A DNA stretch of 64,000 nucleotides from Alphaproteobacteria bacterium (GTDB lineage Bacteria; Pseudomonadota; Alphaproteobacteria; UBA828): positions 3,776,001-3,840,000 of the forward strand of contig OZ243972.1 of assembly GCA_965214705.1 (NCBI GenBank). Reading direction: 5' to 3'. Below, in pieces: positions 1 through 11,223 of the stretch (positions are counted from its first letter, which is position 1; every line of letters starts with the position of its first letter). The position numbers and the translations under genes were made by a program. The notes beneath the pieces are model-generated. The model saw only the letters and a program-made list of their open reading frames with translations, was not told the DNA's origin and did not search any database.

Positions 1-267
1 GTGGGGGTAGAGGGCGTAGTTCTCGAACACCATGGCGATGTCGCGATCGCGCGGCGGCAGGTCGTTCACGCGCACGTCGTCGAAATAGATGTCGCCGGAG
101 GAGATGAACTCCAGGCCGGCGAGCATGCGCAGCGTCGAGGACTTGCCACAGCCGGAGGGCCCGAGGATGCACATGAACTCGTTGTTCTGGATCTCCAGAT
201 TGAGCTCCTTTACGGCCATGGTCTTGCCGTAATACTTCCAGACATCCGAGATGGTTACCGTAGCCAT
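1..267 (-). CDS. Sugar ABC transporter ATP-binding protein (MalK-like), N-terminal part; runs off the window edge
   Basis: Manual translation from ATG at 267 (not in ORF track): [16 protein letters not shown]...[20 protein letters not shown]...[13 protein letters not shown], with Walker A and Q-loop-region motifs. Confidence 0.9.
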   Translation of the reverse strand, partial: MATVTISDVWKYYGKTMAVKELNLEIQNNEFMCILGPSGCGKSSTLRMLAGLEFISSGDIYFDDVRVNDLPPRDRDIAMVFENYALYPH

Positions 268-303
268 CAGTACCCCCAGACAGGCATTCGATCAGGCTCC
301 CGC

Positions 304-1182
304 CTACTCTCTGACCGCGCCCATGGTCAGGCCGGCGACGAGATAGCGTCGGATCAGAAGGCCCAGGAACATCATCGGGACGGTCGTGACCACGCCTGCG
401 GCCATGATCATGCCCCACTGAATCTTGACAGGCTGGACGAGCTCGGCCGTGGCCACCGGCAGGGTCTTGGCGCCGCCCGAGCCGATGATCGTGGCGAACA
501 GGAAATCGTTCCAGCCGAACAGCACGCACAGCACGATGAAGGCGCCAAGCCCCGGCGCCACCAGCGGAATGATCAGCCTGAACGCCTGCCAGCGGGTGCA
601 GCCGTCGCACTGCGCGGCTTCCTCGATCGCGTAGGGAACGTTGTCGAAGAAGCCCTTCAGAATCCAGATGGCGAAGGGGAGGTTGAAGGTGGTGTAGGCG
701 AGAATCAGGCCAGGCAGGGTGCCGACCAGCCCGGACGAGCGGAAGATCACGTAGAGCGGCACCATCACCGCCACCACCGGCGCCATCCGGGTAGAGATGA
801 TCCAGAAGAGCAGATCGCGCTTGCCGCGGAACTCGGCGCGGGAGAGCGCATAGGCCGCCATCGAGCCGAGCGAGACGGAGACCGCCGCCGAGCCCAGCGA
901 CGCGATCAGGCTGTTGCGCAGGTAAGTGCCGAAATGCTTCTCGGTGAAGAGTTCGACGTAGTGCGTGCCGGTCGGCTTGAAGTCGAACATCACGCCGAGG
1001 TCGCCCCAATCGCCCGGCTCCGGCAGCTGGAACGCATCCAGAAGATCCTTGAAGGACGAGACCACCATGATGAAGAGCGGCAGCACGGTCCAGACGAAGA
1101 AGAAGATCAGGAACAGGATCGAGAGACCCTGCAGAACGCTGCGCAGCGGCGAGCGATAGCGGACGATCTCGCGGGATGCCAT
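304..1182 (-). CDS. Carbohydrate ABC transporter permease (MalG-like)
   Basis: Hydrophobic segments, EAA loop (IEEAAQCDG), C-terminal GLTMGAV. Confidence 0.9.
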   Translation of the reverse strand: MASREIVRYRSPLRSVLQGLSILFLIFFFVWTVLPLFIMVVSSFKDLLDAFQLPEPGDWGDLGVMFDFKPTGTHYVELFTEKHFGTYLRNSLIASLGSAAVSVSLGSMAAYALSRAEFRGKRDLLFWIISTRMAPVVAVMVPLYVIFRSSGLVGTLPGLILAYTTFNLPFAIWILKGFFDNVPYAIEEAAQCDGCTRWQAFRLIIPLVAPGLGAFIVLCVLFGWNDFLFATIIGSGGAKTLPVATAELVQPVKIQWGMIMAAGVVTTVPMMFLGLLIRRYLVAGLTMGAVRE

Positions 1183-1185
1183 CGG

Positions 1186-2160
1186 CTAGTGCTCGCGCTC
1201 GGTCCTGATCTTGCGGGTCGGGTCCTCGAACACCTTGGTCAGCACGAGGCCCAGCAGGATCGTCAGCAGCAGAAGGGTGAACGCGATCGCGGCGCCACGG
1301 CCGAGTTCGAAGAACTTGAACGAGACGTCGAACAGGTAGGTCGGCAGGATCTTGGTCGCGTTGGCGGGGCCGCCGCCGGTCATGATCAGGATCGTATCGA
1401 TGAACCTGAAATTATCCATGAAGCGGAGCAGGATCGCGATCAGCAGGAAGGGGTAGAGGTTGGGCAGCGCGACGCTGAAGAAGTTGCGGAACGGCCCGGC
1501 GCCGTCGACCATGTGCGCTTCAAGCTGATCCTGCGGCACGCGCTTGAGGCCGGCGAGTGTGATGAGCGCGATCAGCGGGGTCCATTGCCAGACGTCGGTT
1601 GCGACGATCGCGAACATCGCCCAGAACCTGTTGCCGAGGATCGAGCCGCCTTCGAGCAGCCCGATGCTCTGCAACAGCCAGAAATACCAGCCGAAAGTCC
1701 CGTTATAGAGAAACATGTAAAGGAAGCCGGCGACGACGGGCGCCATCATCATCGGCATCAGGAAGATGGTGACGAGGATTTTCTCGAAGCGGTTGTTGTT
1801 GAGGATGACCGCCACGAGCACGCCGAGGCCGATCTCGACCGAGAGGCAGAGCGCGCTGTACTTGAAGAGCGTGAGCCAGCCCCTGATGAACTTCTTGTCG
1901 GAGGCGAGCCGGGAGAAGTTGTCGATGCCGGCCCACACGTCCGACTTGCCCGGCGCGAGCTGCACCTCGTGCAGGGTCATGTAGACCAGCCAGACCAGGG
2001 GATAGAGGGAGATCGCTGCTAGCAGCAGGATCGCCGGCAGCATCAGCCATAGCAGGTAGTAGCGCGGCGGCCGGTGATTGAATTCCTCCGGCACGTAATC
2101 GATCGTCCGTACACCGCGCACGACGCCGCCCGCGACATCGATGTTCGCGATGTTGGCCAT
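1186..2160 (-). CDS. Carbohydrate ABC transporter permease (MalF-like)
   Basis: DVWQWTP, EAHMVDGA and MTGGGPANAT motifs. Confidence 0.9.
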   Translation of the reverse strand: MANIANIDVAGGVVRGVRTIDYVPEEFNHRPPRYYLLWLMLPAILLLAAISLYPLVWLVYMTLHEVQLAPGKSDVWAGIDNFSRLASDKKFIRGWLTLFKYSALCLSVEIGLGVLVAVILNNNRFEKILVTIFLMPMMMAPVVAGFLYMFLYNGTFGWYFWLLQSIGLLEGGSILGNRFWAMFAIVATDVWQWTPLIALITLAGLKRVPQDQLEAHMVDGAGPFRNFFSVALPNLYPFLLIAILLRFMDNFRFIDTILIMTGGGPANATKILPTYLFDVSFKFFELGRGAAIAFTLLLLTILLGLVLTKVFEDPTRKIRTEREH

Positions 2161-2228
2161 GCGCTGGGTCTCCGCGCCGTTTCGCCGCCCGCGGCCGGCT
2201 ACTGTCTGTGTTGGTCAGAAGCCGCAAA

Positions 2229-2268
2229 CCGCCCGAGAGACGCCGGGATGCCGGCGCACCTCGGGCGG
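2229..2268 (-). other. Intergenic stem-loop after the solute-binding protein gene (putative mRNA-stabilising hairpin)
   Basis: CCGCCCGAG...GCCGG-gatg-CCGGC...CTCGGGCGG nested inverted repeat with no U-tract. Confidence 0.5.
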
Positions 2269-2279
2269 AGCGGTGTTAC

Positions 2280-3809
2280 CTAGACGTCGTGGATGGAATC
2301 CAGCTCGTCCCTGATGGAGTCGCACGCCTCCTGAGCCGACAGCTCGCCGGAGATGCACTGCTGCGTGCCGACGCGAACGATCTCGTGATACTCGTTCGAC
2401 TTCGGCAGCTTCGGCCCGAGCACCATGTTGGGTGTGCGGATGCCCTTGTCGTAGACCGCCTCGAAGGTGAGCGCGTTCGGCATGGTGGTCGGCCGGTTGC
2501 GCGCCTCCTGAACCTCCGGCACGTCGAGGACGGACTTGCGGGTGGGCGTGCCGCCGACGCCGCGCAGCACCATGAGCTGCGTATCGTGGCTGCAGGCCCA
2601 GCTGGCGAAGATGAACGCTGCACGCTGCAGGTCCATGTCAGCGCCGGCGTTGATGCCGATGCCGCCGATGCCGCAGTTGGTGGCGTTCACGACATTGTCG
2701 CTGCCGTCGACGTTCCACTCGACGGCGCCCTTGGGCCCCATGGCGTAACCCGTCTTGCCGCCCGCTGCGACGGACTGCTCGGGGTCCTCCACCGAGGCCG
2801 CAAACTCGTGATACTGAATCTGCATGGCGACGCCGCCGGCGGCGTAGACCGTGTTCAGCTCCAGGGTGCCGTTGGTCAGGTTGTCGGGATGGCTGACGTC
2901 GGCGAGGGCCTTGTAGCCTTCCATCGCCTTGACCGACTGCGCATCGCCCCAGTTGGTCGGGCCGGGGTTCTTCGAGCCCAGCGTGTCGTCGACCGCGAAG
3001 TCGAGCCACTGGTTCTGCGCGTACATGTGCCGCTGGATGTCGAGCTGCGTGGTCCAGCCGAACGAGCCGTGATGCTGCGCGTAGCCGTAGGGGATTGACG
3101 AATCACGCTCGTGCATCTTTCCGAAGAACTCGGTGATATCGACCATGTCCTTGTAGGTCGTCTCGTCGGTGAACTCGAGGCGGTAGCCGTAGTCAGCCTC
3201 GAAGTCCTTGGTCAGCTTCTCGAACAGGTCCTGCCGGTAGAAGGTGCAGGACACCGCGCAGTCATAGGGGAAGGCGCGGATCGGGCCGCGCTCGTAGTAG
3301 ACGCCGCAGGCATCCAGATAATTCTCGAACCAGACGTCGCTGCCGTAACCTTGCGGGTCGAGGGGCAGGGTGTCGTCGACCGAGAACTCGTTGAGGTCGG
3401 CGTAGAAGTCCGCGAAGGGCGAGCCGATCGGCTTGTCCTGCACGTAGTTGAGGTGATAGTCGGCCTGGCCGCTACGCAGGTCGATACCGACCTTCTGCTG
3501 CACGGTGGGCAGACCGTCGGTGAGAATCTCCACCTCGATCCCGGTGAGGTCGTAGAACGCCTGGATGTTGTCGCGGATCGCGAAGGACGGCGGCGTGTTC
3601 TCGGACATGAAGACGAGCTTCGAGCCCTCGTACTGGCGCCACTTGGCTTCATCGGACGAATAGGCGTAGACCGGGCGGCGCGTGATCACCGAGTTCATGC
3701 CGACCGCGATCGAGCCCGCGCCGAGTGCGGTTGCGACACCGCCTCCGAGCTCGAGGAATTTGCGGCGACTGATCGGCTTGTACAGCGCCTTCTTGGGCAT
3801 AGAGAACAT
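2280..3809 (-). CDS. Extracellular solute-binding protein (CUT1 family) with Tat signal
   Basis: SRRKFL twin-arginine motif, AGGAGGAG SD, first gene of the ABC operon. Confidence 0.85.
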   Translation of the reverse strand: MFSMPKKALYKPISRRKFLELGGGVATALGAGSIAVGMNSVITRRPVYAYSSDEAKWRQYEGSKLVFMSENTPPSFAIRDNIQAFYDLTGIEVEILTDGLPTVQQKVGIDLRSGQADYHLNYVQDKPIGSPFADFYADLNEFSVDDTLPLDPQGYGSDVWFENYLDACGVYYERGPIRAFPYDCAVSCTFYRQDLFEKLTKDFEADYGYRLEFTDETTYKDMVDITEFFGKMHERDSSIPYGYAQHHGSFGWTTQLDIQRHMYAQNQWLDFAVDDTLGSKNPGPTNWGDAQSVKAMEGYKALADVSHPDNLTNGTLELNTVYAAGGVAMQIQYHEFAASVEDPEQSVAAGGKTGYAMGPKGAVEWNVDGSDNVVNATNCGIGGIGINAGADMDLQRAAFIFASWACSHDTQLMVLRGVGGTPTRKSVLDVPEVQEARNRPTTMPNALTFEAVYDKGIRTPNMVLGPKLPKSNEYHEIVRVGTQQCISGELSAQEACDSIRDELDSIHDV

Positions 3810-3922
3810 GCTGTGCTCCTCCTTGGCGAATGTCGGGCTATGGCGTAACAGGGACGGGACGGTGTGAATATCGCGGCTCGCGCGGCAAGCTTCCGCGCGG
3901 TCTCCCTCCGCCGGCTGGCGGC

Positions 3923-3951
3923 AAACTGAACGTTTGTTTTCCGGGTGTCAA
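3923..3951 (-). promoter_or_regulatory. Putative promoter and operator of the ABC operon
   Basis: Minus strand TTGACA-N17-CAGTTT overlapping the imperfect palindrome AAAACAAACGTTCAGTTT. Confidence 0.4.
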
Positions 3952-4054
3952 TGGCCGCGCCGATCAGGAACAAGCTCGTGTGTTGCCCGCAAGTTCCCTC
4001 CCTGTGGTCGACGGAATTCCACCGATTCCATCGATTCAACGACGGCGAAGCTCC

Positions 4055-4085
4055 TTGACCTTCCCCCGGCAGGCGCTTGTATGGG
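4055..4085 (+). promoter_or_regulatory. Putative MerR/CueR-type promoter
   Basis: TTGACC-N19-TATGGG containing the ACCTTCCC half-site, upstream of the multicopper oxidase. Confidence 0.45.
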
Positions 4086-4115
4086 GAATGCACGGGGCAG
4101 GAGGCCGGAAGCGGA

Positions 4116-5513
4116 ATGACCATGCGTATTTCCCGACGGGCGTTCAACGGTGGACTCGTGGGCCTCGCGGCGGCGGGCAGCACCGCATTCGGAGTTGAAC
4201 CGGCTCGCGCGGATGTGCCGACGCTGGAGGCGAATACGGGTTTTGCCCAACTCGCGCCGCCCGAGTTGCCGGCAACACCCATCTGGGGCTATGGGGGGCA
4301 AGTGCCGGGTCCGGTCGTCCGCGTTAGGCAGGGAGAGCGTGTCGAGCGGCGATTCGTCAACAGTCTGCCGCAGGCCTCGACCGTGCACTGGCATGGCATC
4401 AGGATCGATAATGCCATGGACGGGGTGCCGGATCTGACGCAGTCGGCGGTACCGCCCGGCGGCAGCTATCTATACGATTTCGTGGTGCCCGACGCCGGAA
4501 CCTACTGGTATCACTCCCACAATCGGACCTGGGAGCAACTGGCCCGCGGACTGTACGGAGCGCTCATCGTCGAGGAAGCCGACGGTGGGCCGGAGGTCGA
4601 CCGCGACGAGATCATGCTCATCGACGACTGGCGTCTCACTCAAGAGGCGCAGATCGATTCGAATTTCGGTGCCATGGGCGATCGCTCGCACGGGGGGCGT
4701 ATTGGCAATTGGGTGACGATCAACGGTGCGGGCGAATGGCGCGTCGAGGTCGGGCGGCACGAGCGGCTCCGGCTGCGGCTGGCGAACGCTGCCAACGCAC
4801 GCATCCTGGTACTGGGGCTGCACGGGCTGGAGGGCTGGGTGGTCGCCCTGGACGGGCAGCCCCTGGCCGTGCCCGAGCCCCTCGAGCGGCTCCTGCTTGC
4901 GCCGGCGCAGCGCGCCGATCTGATCGTCGATGCGACCGCCGAAGAGGGATCGGATGCGTTCCTCGTCTCGCTCGAACGCGACGGCGCCTACAGGATCGCG
5001 AGCTTCCGCGTGGACGGCACGATGAGGCCCCGACCACACGCCGCACCGGCGCCACTGGAGCCCAATCCGGTTGCGTCGCTGCGCGGTCTAGCCGAGGCAC
5101 GGTCCGCTCGGCTTCTGATGCAGGGCGGCGCCATGGGCGGCATGCAGAGCGCAATCATGGGCGGCCGTGAGACCGACATCCGCGACATGGTGGCTCGGGG
5201 AAGGGTCTGGGCCTTCAACGGCGTCGCGGACTTCGCTGCGCACCCGCTGCTCGACCTTGCAAGTGGAGAGACGGCCCGGATCGCCATCGTCAACGAAACC
5301 GCCTGGCCCCACGCGATGCATCTGCACGGTCATCATTTCCGGCGCATTGACGGCGACGGCAACGTCGGACCGCTGCGCGACACCCTGTTGCTGGACCGTC
5401 AGGAATCCGCCGAGATCGCGTTCGTGGCCGATAATCCCGGCAACTGGCTCCTTCATTGCCACATGCCGGAGCATTCAGCCGGCGGGATGGAGACCTGGAT
5501 TCGCGTCGGCTGA
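4116..5513 (+). CDS. Multicopper oxidase (three-domain, Tat-exported)
   Basis: SRRAF Tat motif; Cu ligand motifs HWHG, WYHSH, HAMHLHGH, HCHMPEH...M; Met-rich loop. Confidence 0.93.
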   Translation: MTMRISRRAFNGGLVGLAAAGSTAFGVEPARADVPTLEANTGFAQLAPPELPATPIWGYGGQVPGPVVRVRQGERVERRFVNSLPQASTVHWHGIRIDNAMDGVPDLTQSAVPPGGSYLYDFVVPDAGTYWYHSHNRTWEQLARGLYGALIVEEADGGPEVDRDEIMLIDDWRLTQEAQIDSNFGAMGDRSHGGRIGNWVTINGAGEWRVEVGRHERLRLRLANAANARILVLGLHGLEGWVVALDGQPLAVPEPLERLLLAPAQRADLIVDATAEEGSDAFLVSLERDGAYRIASFRVDGTMRPRPHAAPAPLEPNPVASLRGLAEARSARLLMQGGAMGGMQSAIMGGRETDIRDMVARGRVWAFNGVADFAAHPLLDLASGETARIAIVNETAWPHAMHLHGHHFRRIDGDGNVGPLRDTLLLDRQESAEIAFVADNPGNWLLHCHMPEHSAGGMETWIRVG

Positions 5514-5559
5514 GGTGCTGCGGCTACTGCCGCGGTCGCTTCGCCCGCGCGGCGGAACG

Positions 5560-7512
<1,953 letters not shown>

Positions 7513-7680
7513 GGCTCCTCCACTTCCTTCGCGCCCTCATAGCAGGCTCCCGCGCCGAACGGGAGACCCGACGAACCGAGGTGTGGGACAAGAGTTTCGG
7601 CGCAGGCATTTGCCAACTGTTCGGGTAAGATTGTGAATGCTCCGTCCCCCGAATCGCCTTGTGAGACGAGAGAGGCGCCC

Positions 7681-7989
7681 ATGATTGCCGCCGTTGCCGA
7701 GCGCACCGCCGAGATTCAGCGGCTTTGCGGTCGTCATCACTTGCTGAAGCTCGCGCTGTTCGGCTCGGCAGCAACCGGAGAGCACCGCGCCGGCGCGAGC
7801 GACTATGACTTCGTGGTGGAGTTCCCGCCGCTGCCGGCTGGCGGCTACGCTGACAGCTATTTCGGCCTGCTGGAGGACCTGGAGCAGCTACTCGGCGGCC
7901 CGGTGGAGCTGGTCGTGGGTTCGGCCATTAGGAACCCGTTCTTTCGCCAGTCAGTCGAGCGAACCAGTGCGCTTCTCTATGAGGCCTGA
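7681..7989 (+). CDS. Minimal nucleotidyltransferase (MNT) antitoxin
   Basis: LFGSAATG...SDYDFVVEF nucleotidyltransferase motif; overlaps the HEPN gene. Confidence 0.85.
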   Translation: MIAAVAERTAEIQRLCGRHHLLKLALFGSAATGEHRAGASDYDFVVEFPPLPAGGYADSYFGLLEDLEQLLGGPVELVVGSAIRNPFFRQSVERTSALLYEA

Positions 7990-8339
7990 AGTCCCAAAAG
8001 TATCTGTTCGACATCTGGCGCGCCGTGGAGTTGCTGACCAACTTCACTGCGGGTAAGGCGTTCGCCGATTACGCGCACGACGCCATATTGCGTTCAGCAG
8101 TCGAGCGCCAGTTTGAGATTGTCGGAGAGGCGACGGCACAGCTAGTAGCCAAACTCGACCGTGGTCTCGCCGCTCGCATCGGCGAACACCGCCGTATCGT
8201 GGCCTTCCGCAATATTCTCATCCACGGCTATGCCGATGTAGACGACCGCCTGGTGTGGGATGTGGTTGAGACCAAGCTCCCGGCCTTGCGCCGCGATGTC
8301 GAGAGGCTGTTGAGGGAGGCGGGGATGGAGCCCTCCTGA
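7979..8339 (+). pseudogene. HEPN (DUF86/HepT-like) RNase toxin, frameshifted near the N-terminus
   Basis: ATG 7979 gives MRPEV; the conserved KYLFDI...AVERQFEIVGEA...FRNILIHGY continues in the +1 frame after GTCCCAAAAG (7991-8000). Confidence 0.7.
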
Positions 8340-8406
8340 TCGCGGGTTCGCGAGCCTGCATGCGGCGCGCCATCCACGCCGATTGACATTTCGGCGATAT
8401 TCCCTA

Positions 8407-8435
8407 TTGAAAGCGGACCGGTTTCGTCCTATATG
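8407..8435 (+). promoter_or_regulatory. Putative suf promoter with Rrf2 operator
   Basis: TTGAAA-N17-TATATG enclosing the inverted repeat GGAC-N7-GTCC; a second TTGACA at 8383. Confidence 0.5.
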
Positions 8436-8490
8436 CCCGTCACGCACGCCCGGCGAGTGCGCGGGCGAGGCGACTGCGAGGGGGTACAGC

Positions 8491-8955
8491 ATGATCCGCG
8501 TCAGCCGCATGGCCGACTATGGTGTCGTGGCCATGACCCACATCGCGCGCGCACCGCGCGCCCGGCACACGGCGGCGAGCATCGCGGCGCAGACCGGCGT
8601 GCCTCAGCCGAGCGCGAGCAAACTCCTGAAATTGCTGGCGAAGGCCGGCATTCTGACCTCCCATCGGGGGGCCAAGGGCGGCTATGCGCTGACGCATGCG
8701 CCGGAGCAGGTCTCGGTGGCGGACCTGGTTGCCGCCGTGGACGGGCCGATCTCGCTCGCCGACTGCCTCGACGGCCCCTCCGGCATCTGCGAGCTGGAGA
8801 GCTTCTGCTCGGTGCGCGGCCCCTGGCAGAAGATCAGCGACGCGATCCGCGTGGCGCTGGAGGAGGTGACATTGGCCGATATGGCCCAGGCGGCAGAGGG
8901 CGCGGGCGAGTGGCGCGCGCCGGCTGAGTCCGCGGGCCGGGAGCACGCGTCATGA
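8491..8955 (+). CDS. Rrf2-family SUF Fe-S cluster assembly regulator
   Basis: [22 protein letters not shown], three C-terminal Cys (DCL...ICE...FCS); heads the suf operon. Confidence 0.9.
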   Translation: MIRVSRMADYGVVAMTHIARAPRARHTAASIAAQTGVPQPSASKLLKLLAKAGILTSHRGAKGGYALTHAPEQVSVADLVAAVDGPISLADCLDGPSGICELESFCSVRGPWQKISDAIRVALEEVTLADMAQAAEGAGEWRAPAESAGREHAS

Positions 8956-10415
8956 GCGCCCAGCAGGAGGCCGCGCAGGCGGTCGAGTCCTACGCCGGCG
9001 AGCGCTACAAGTATGGCTTCGTCACCGACGTTGAGGCCGACTCCGCGCCGCCCGGCCTGGACCACGACACGATCCGCTTCATCTCCGCCAAGAAGGGTGA
9101 GCCCGAGTGGCTATTGGCGTGGCGCATCAAGGCGTTCGAGCGCTGGCTTGAGATGGAGGACGAGGAGCCAACCTGGGCCAAGCTGCACTATCCGCCCATC
9201 GATTATCAGGATGCCTGCTACTACTCGGCGCCCAAGTCGGATTCGGACCGGCCCAAGAGCCTGGACGAAGTCGACCCGGAGCTGCTGAAGACCTACGAGA
9301 AGCTCGGCATCCCGCTCCAGGAGCAGGAGATGCTGGCGGGTGTCGCGGTGGACGCGGTGTTCGACAGCGTCTCGGTCGCCACCACCTTCAAGGACAAGCT
9401 CGCCGAGATGGGCGTCATCTTCTGCTCGATCTCGGAGGCGGTGAAGGAGCATCCCGAGCTGGTGCAGCGCTACCTCGGCTCCGTGGTGCCCTATTCGGAC
9501 AACTTCTTCGCGACGCTGAACTCGGCGGTGTTCACCGACGGCTCCTTCGTCTACGTGCCCAAGGGCGTGCGCTGCCCGATGGAGCTTTCCACCTACTTCC
9601 GCATCAACGCCGCCAACACCGGGCAGTTCGAGCGCACGCTGATCATCGCCGACGAGGGCTCCTACGTCAGCTATCTCGAAGGCTGTACGGCGCCCATGCG
9701 AGACGAGAACCAGCTTCATGCGGCGGTGGTCGAGCTGATCGCGCTCGACGACGCCGAGATCAAGTATTCCACGGTGCAGAACTGGTATCCCGGCGACGCC
9801 GAGGGCAAGGGCGGGATATACAACTTCGTCACCAAGCGCGGAGCCTGCCGCGGGGCCAACGCCAAGATTTCCTGGACCCAGGTCGAGACGGGGTCCGCGA
9901 TCACCTGGAAGTACCCGAGCTGCATCCTGCAGGGCGACAATTCGGTGGGCGAGTTCTATTCCATCGCCATCACCAACAACCGCCAGCAGGCGGATACCGG
10001 CACCAAGATGATCCACATGGGCCGCAATACGAAGAGCCGGATCGTCTCCAAGGGCATCGCCGCCGGGCGCTCCGACAGCACCTATCGCGGTCTGGTCCGC
10101 ATCCAGCCCAAGGCCGAGGGCGCGCGCAACCACACCCAGTGCGATTCGCTCCTGATCGGCGCGGAATGCGGTGCCCACACCGTGCCCTACATTGAATCCC
10201 GCAACCCCACGGCGCGGGTGGAGCACGAGGCGACGACCTCCAAAATCAGCGAAGACCAACTCTTCTACTGCCGCCAGCGCGGCATCGACGAGGAGGACGC
10301 GGTGGCGCTGATCGTGAACGGCTTCTGCCGCGAGGTGCTGCAGGAGCTGCCAATGGAGTTCGCGGTCGAGGCGCAGAAGCTCGTGGCCATCAGCCTCGAA
10401 GGCAGCGTCGGCTAG
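8952..10415 (+). CDS. sufB: Fe-S cluster assembly protein SufB
   Basis: [37 protein letters not shown]. Confidence 0.97.
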   Translation: MSAQQEAAQAVESYAGERYKYGFVTDVEADSAPPGLDHDTIRFISAKKGEPEWLLAWRIKAFERWLEMEDEEPTWAKLHYPPIDYQDACYYSAPKSDSDRPKSLDEVDPELLKTYEKLGIPLQEQEMLAGVAVDAVFDSVSVATTFKDKLAEMGVIFCSISEAVKEHPELVQRYLGSVVPYSDNFFATLNSAVFTDGSFVYVPKGVRCPMELSTYFRINAANTGQFERTLIIADEGSYVSYLEGCTAPMRDENQLHAAVVELIALDDAEIKYSTVQNWYPGDAEGKGGIYNFVTKRGACRGANAKISWTQVETGSAITWKYPSCILQGDNSVGEFYSIAITNNRQQADTGTKMIHMGRNTKSRIVSKGIAAGRSDSTYRGLVRIQPKAEGARNHTQCDSLLIGAECGAHTVPYIESRNPTARVEHEATTSKISEDQLFYCRQRGIDEEDAVALIVNGFCREVLQELPMEFAVEAQKLVAISLEGSVG

Positions 10416-10436
10416 GACGGACAGTACGGGACAGCC

Positions 10437-11207
10437 ATGTTGAAACCCATGTTAGCGATCGAGAACCTGCACGCGACCGTCGACGGCAAACCGATCCTGA
10501 ACGGCCTCGACCTCGCGGTGAACGAGGGCGAGGTGCATGCGGTGATGGGGCCCAACGGCTCCGGCAAGAGCACGCTCGCCTACGTGATCGCCGGCCGCGA
10601 GGGCTACGAGGTGACCGAGGGCTCGATCACCTACCGGGGTGAGGACTTGCTGGCCATGAGCGTGGAGGAGCGGGCGTGCAGCGGCGTCTTTCTCGCCTTC
10701 CAGTATCCGGTGGAGATTCCGGGGGTAGGCAGCGCGACCTTCCTCAAGACGGCGGTCAACGCGGCCCGCAAGCATCGCGGCGAGCAGGAATACGACGCGA
10801 TGGAGTTCCTCAAGCTGGTCAGAGAGAAGCGCGCGGCGCTCGGCATCGACGACGGCATGATGCGGCGCGCCCTCAACGTCGGCTTCTCGGGTGGCGAGAA
10901 GAAGCGCAACGAAATGCTGCAGATGGCGCTGCTGGAGCCCTCCCTCGCCATCCTCGACGAGACCGATTCCGGCCTAGATATCGACGCGCTGAAGGTGGTC
11001 GCCGACGGCATCAACGCGTTGCGCGGGCCGGAGCGGGCGATGGTGGTCATCACCCACTACCAGCGGCTGCTGGATCACGTGGTGCCGGACAAGGTGCACG
11101 TGCTCGCCGGCGGGCGCATCGTGCGCTCGGGCGGGAGCGAACTTGCGCTGGAGCTTGAGAGCCGGGGTTATGCCGGCCTCGGGCTCGAGCCGAGCGCGGC
11201 GGCCTGA
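10437..11207 (+). CDS. sufC: Fe-S cluster assembly ATPase SufC
   Basis: GPNGSGKST, GFSGGEKKRNE, DETDSGLDID. Confidence 0.97.
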   Translation: MLKPMLAIENLHATVDGKPILNGLDLAVNEGEVHAVMGPNGSGKSTLAYVIAGREGYEVTEGSITYRGEDLLAMSVEERACSGVFLAFQYPVEIPGVGSATFLKTAVNAARKHRGEQEYDAMEFLKLVREKRAALGIDDGMMRRALNVGFSGGEKKRNEMLQMALLEPSLAILDETDSGLDIDALKVVADGINALRGPERAMVVITHYQRLLDHVVPDKVHVLAGGRIVRSGGSELALELESRGYAGLGLEPSAAA

Positions 11208-11223
11208 GCGGGAGCGACCAAAC

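Noticed and set aside
1-2022. 673-aa plus-strand ORF
   Set aside because: Antisense shadow of the ABC transporter genes; long stop-free antisense frames are expected in high-GC coding DNA and it shows no motifs
4014-4040. Short GATTCCA-like triple repeat in the intergenic region
   Set aside because: Too short and degenerate to support a function
7991-8000. Programmed -1 frameshift at C-CCA-AAA in the HEPN gene
   Set aside because: Restoring the toxin needs the +1 frame; a -1 slip gives the wrong frame
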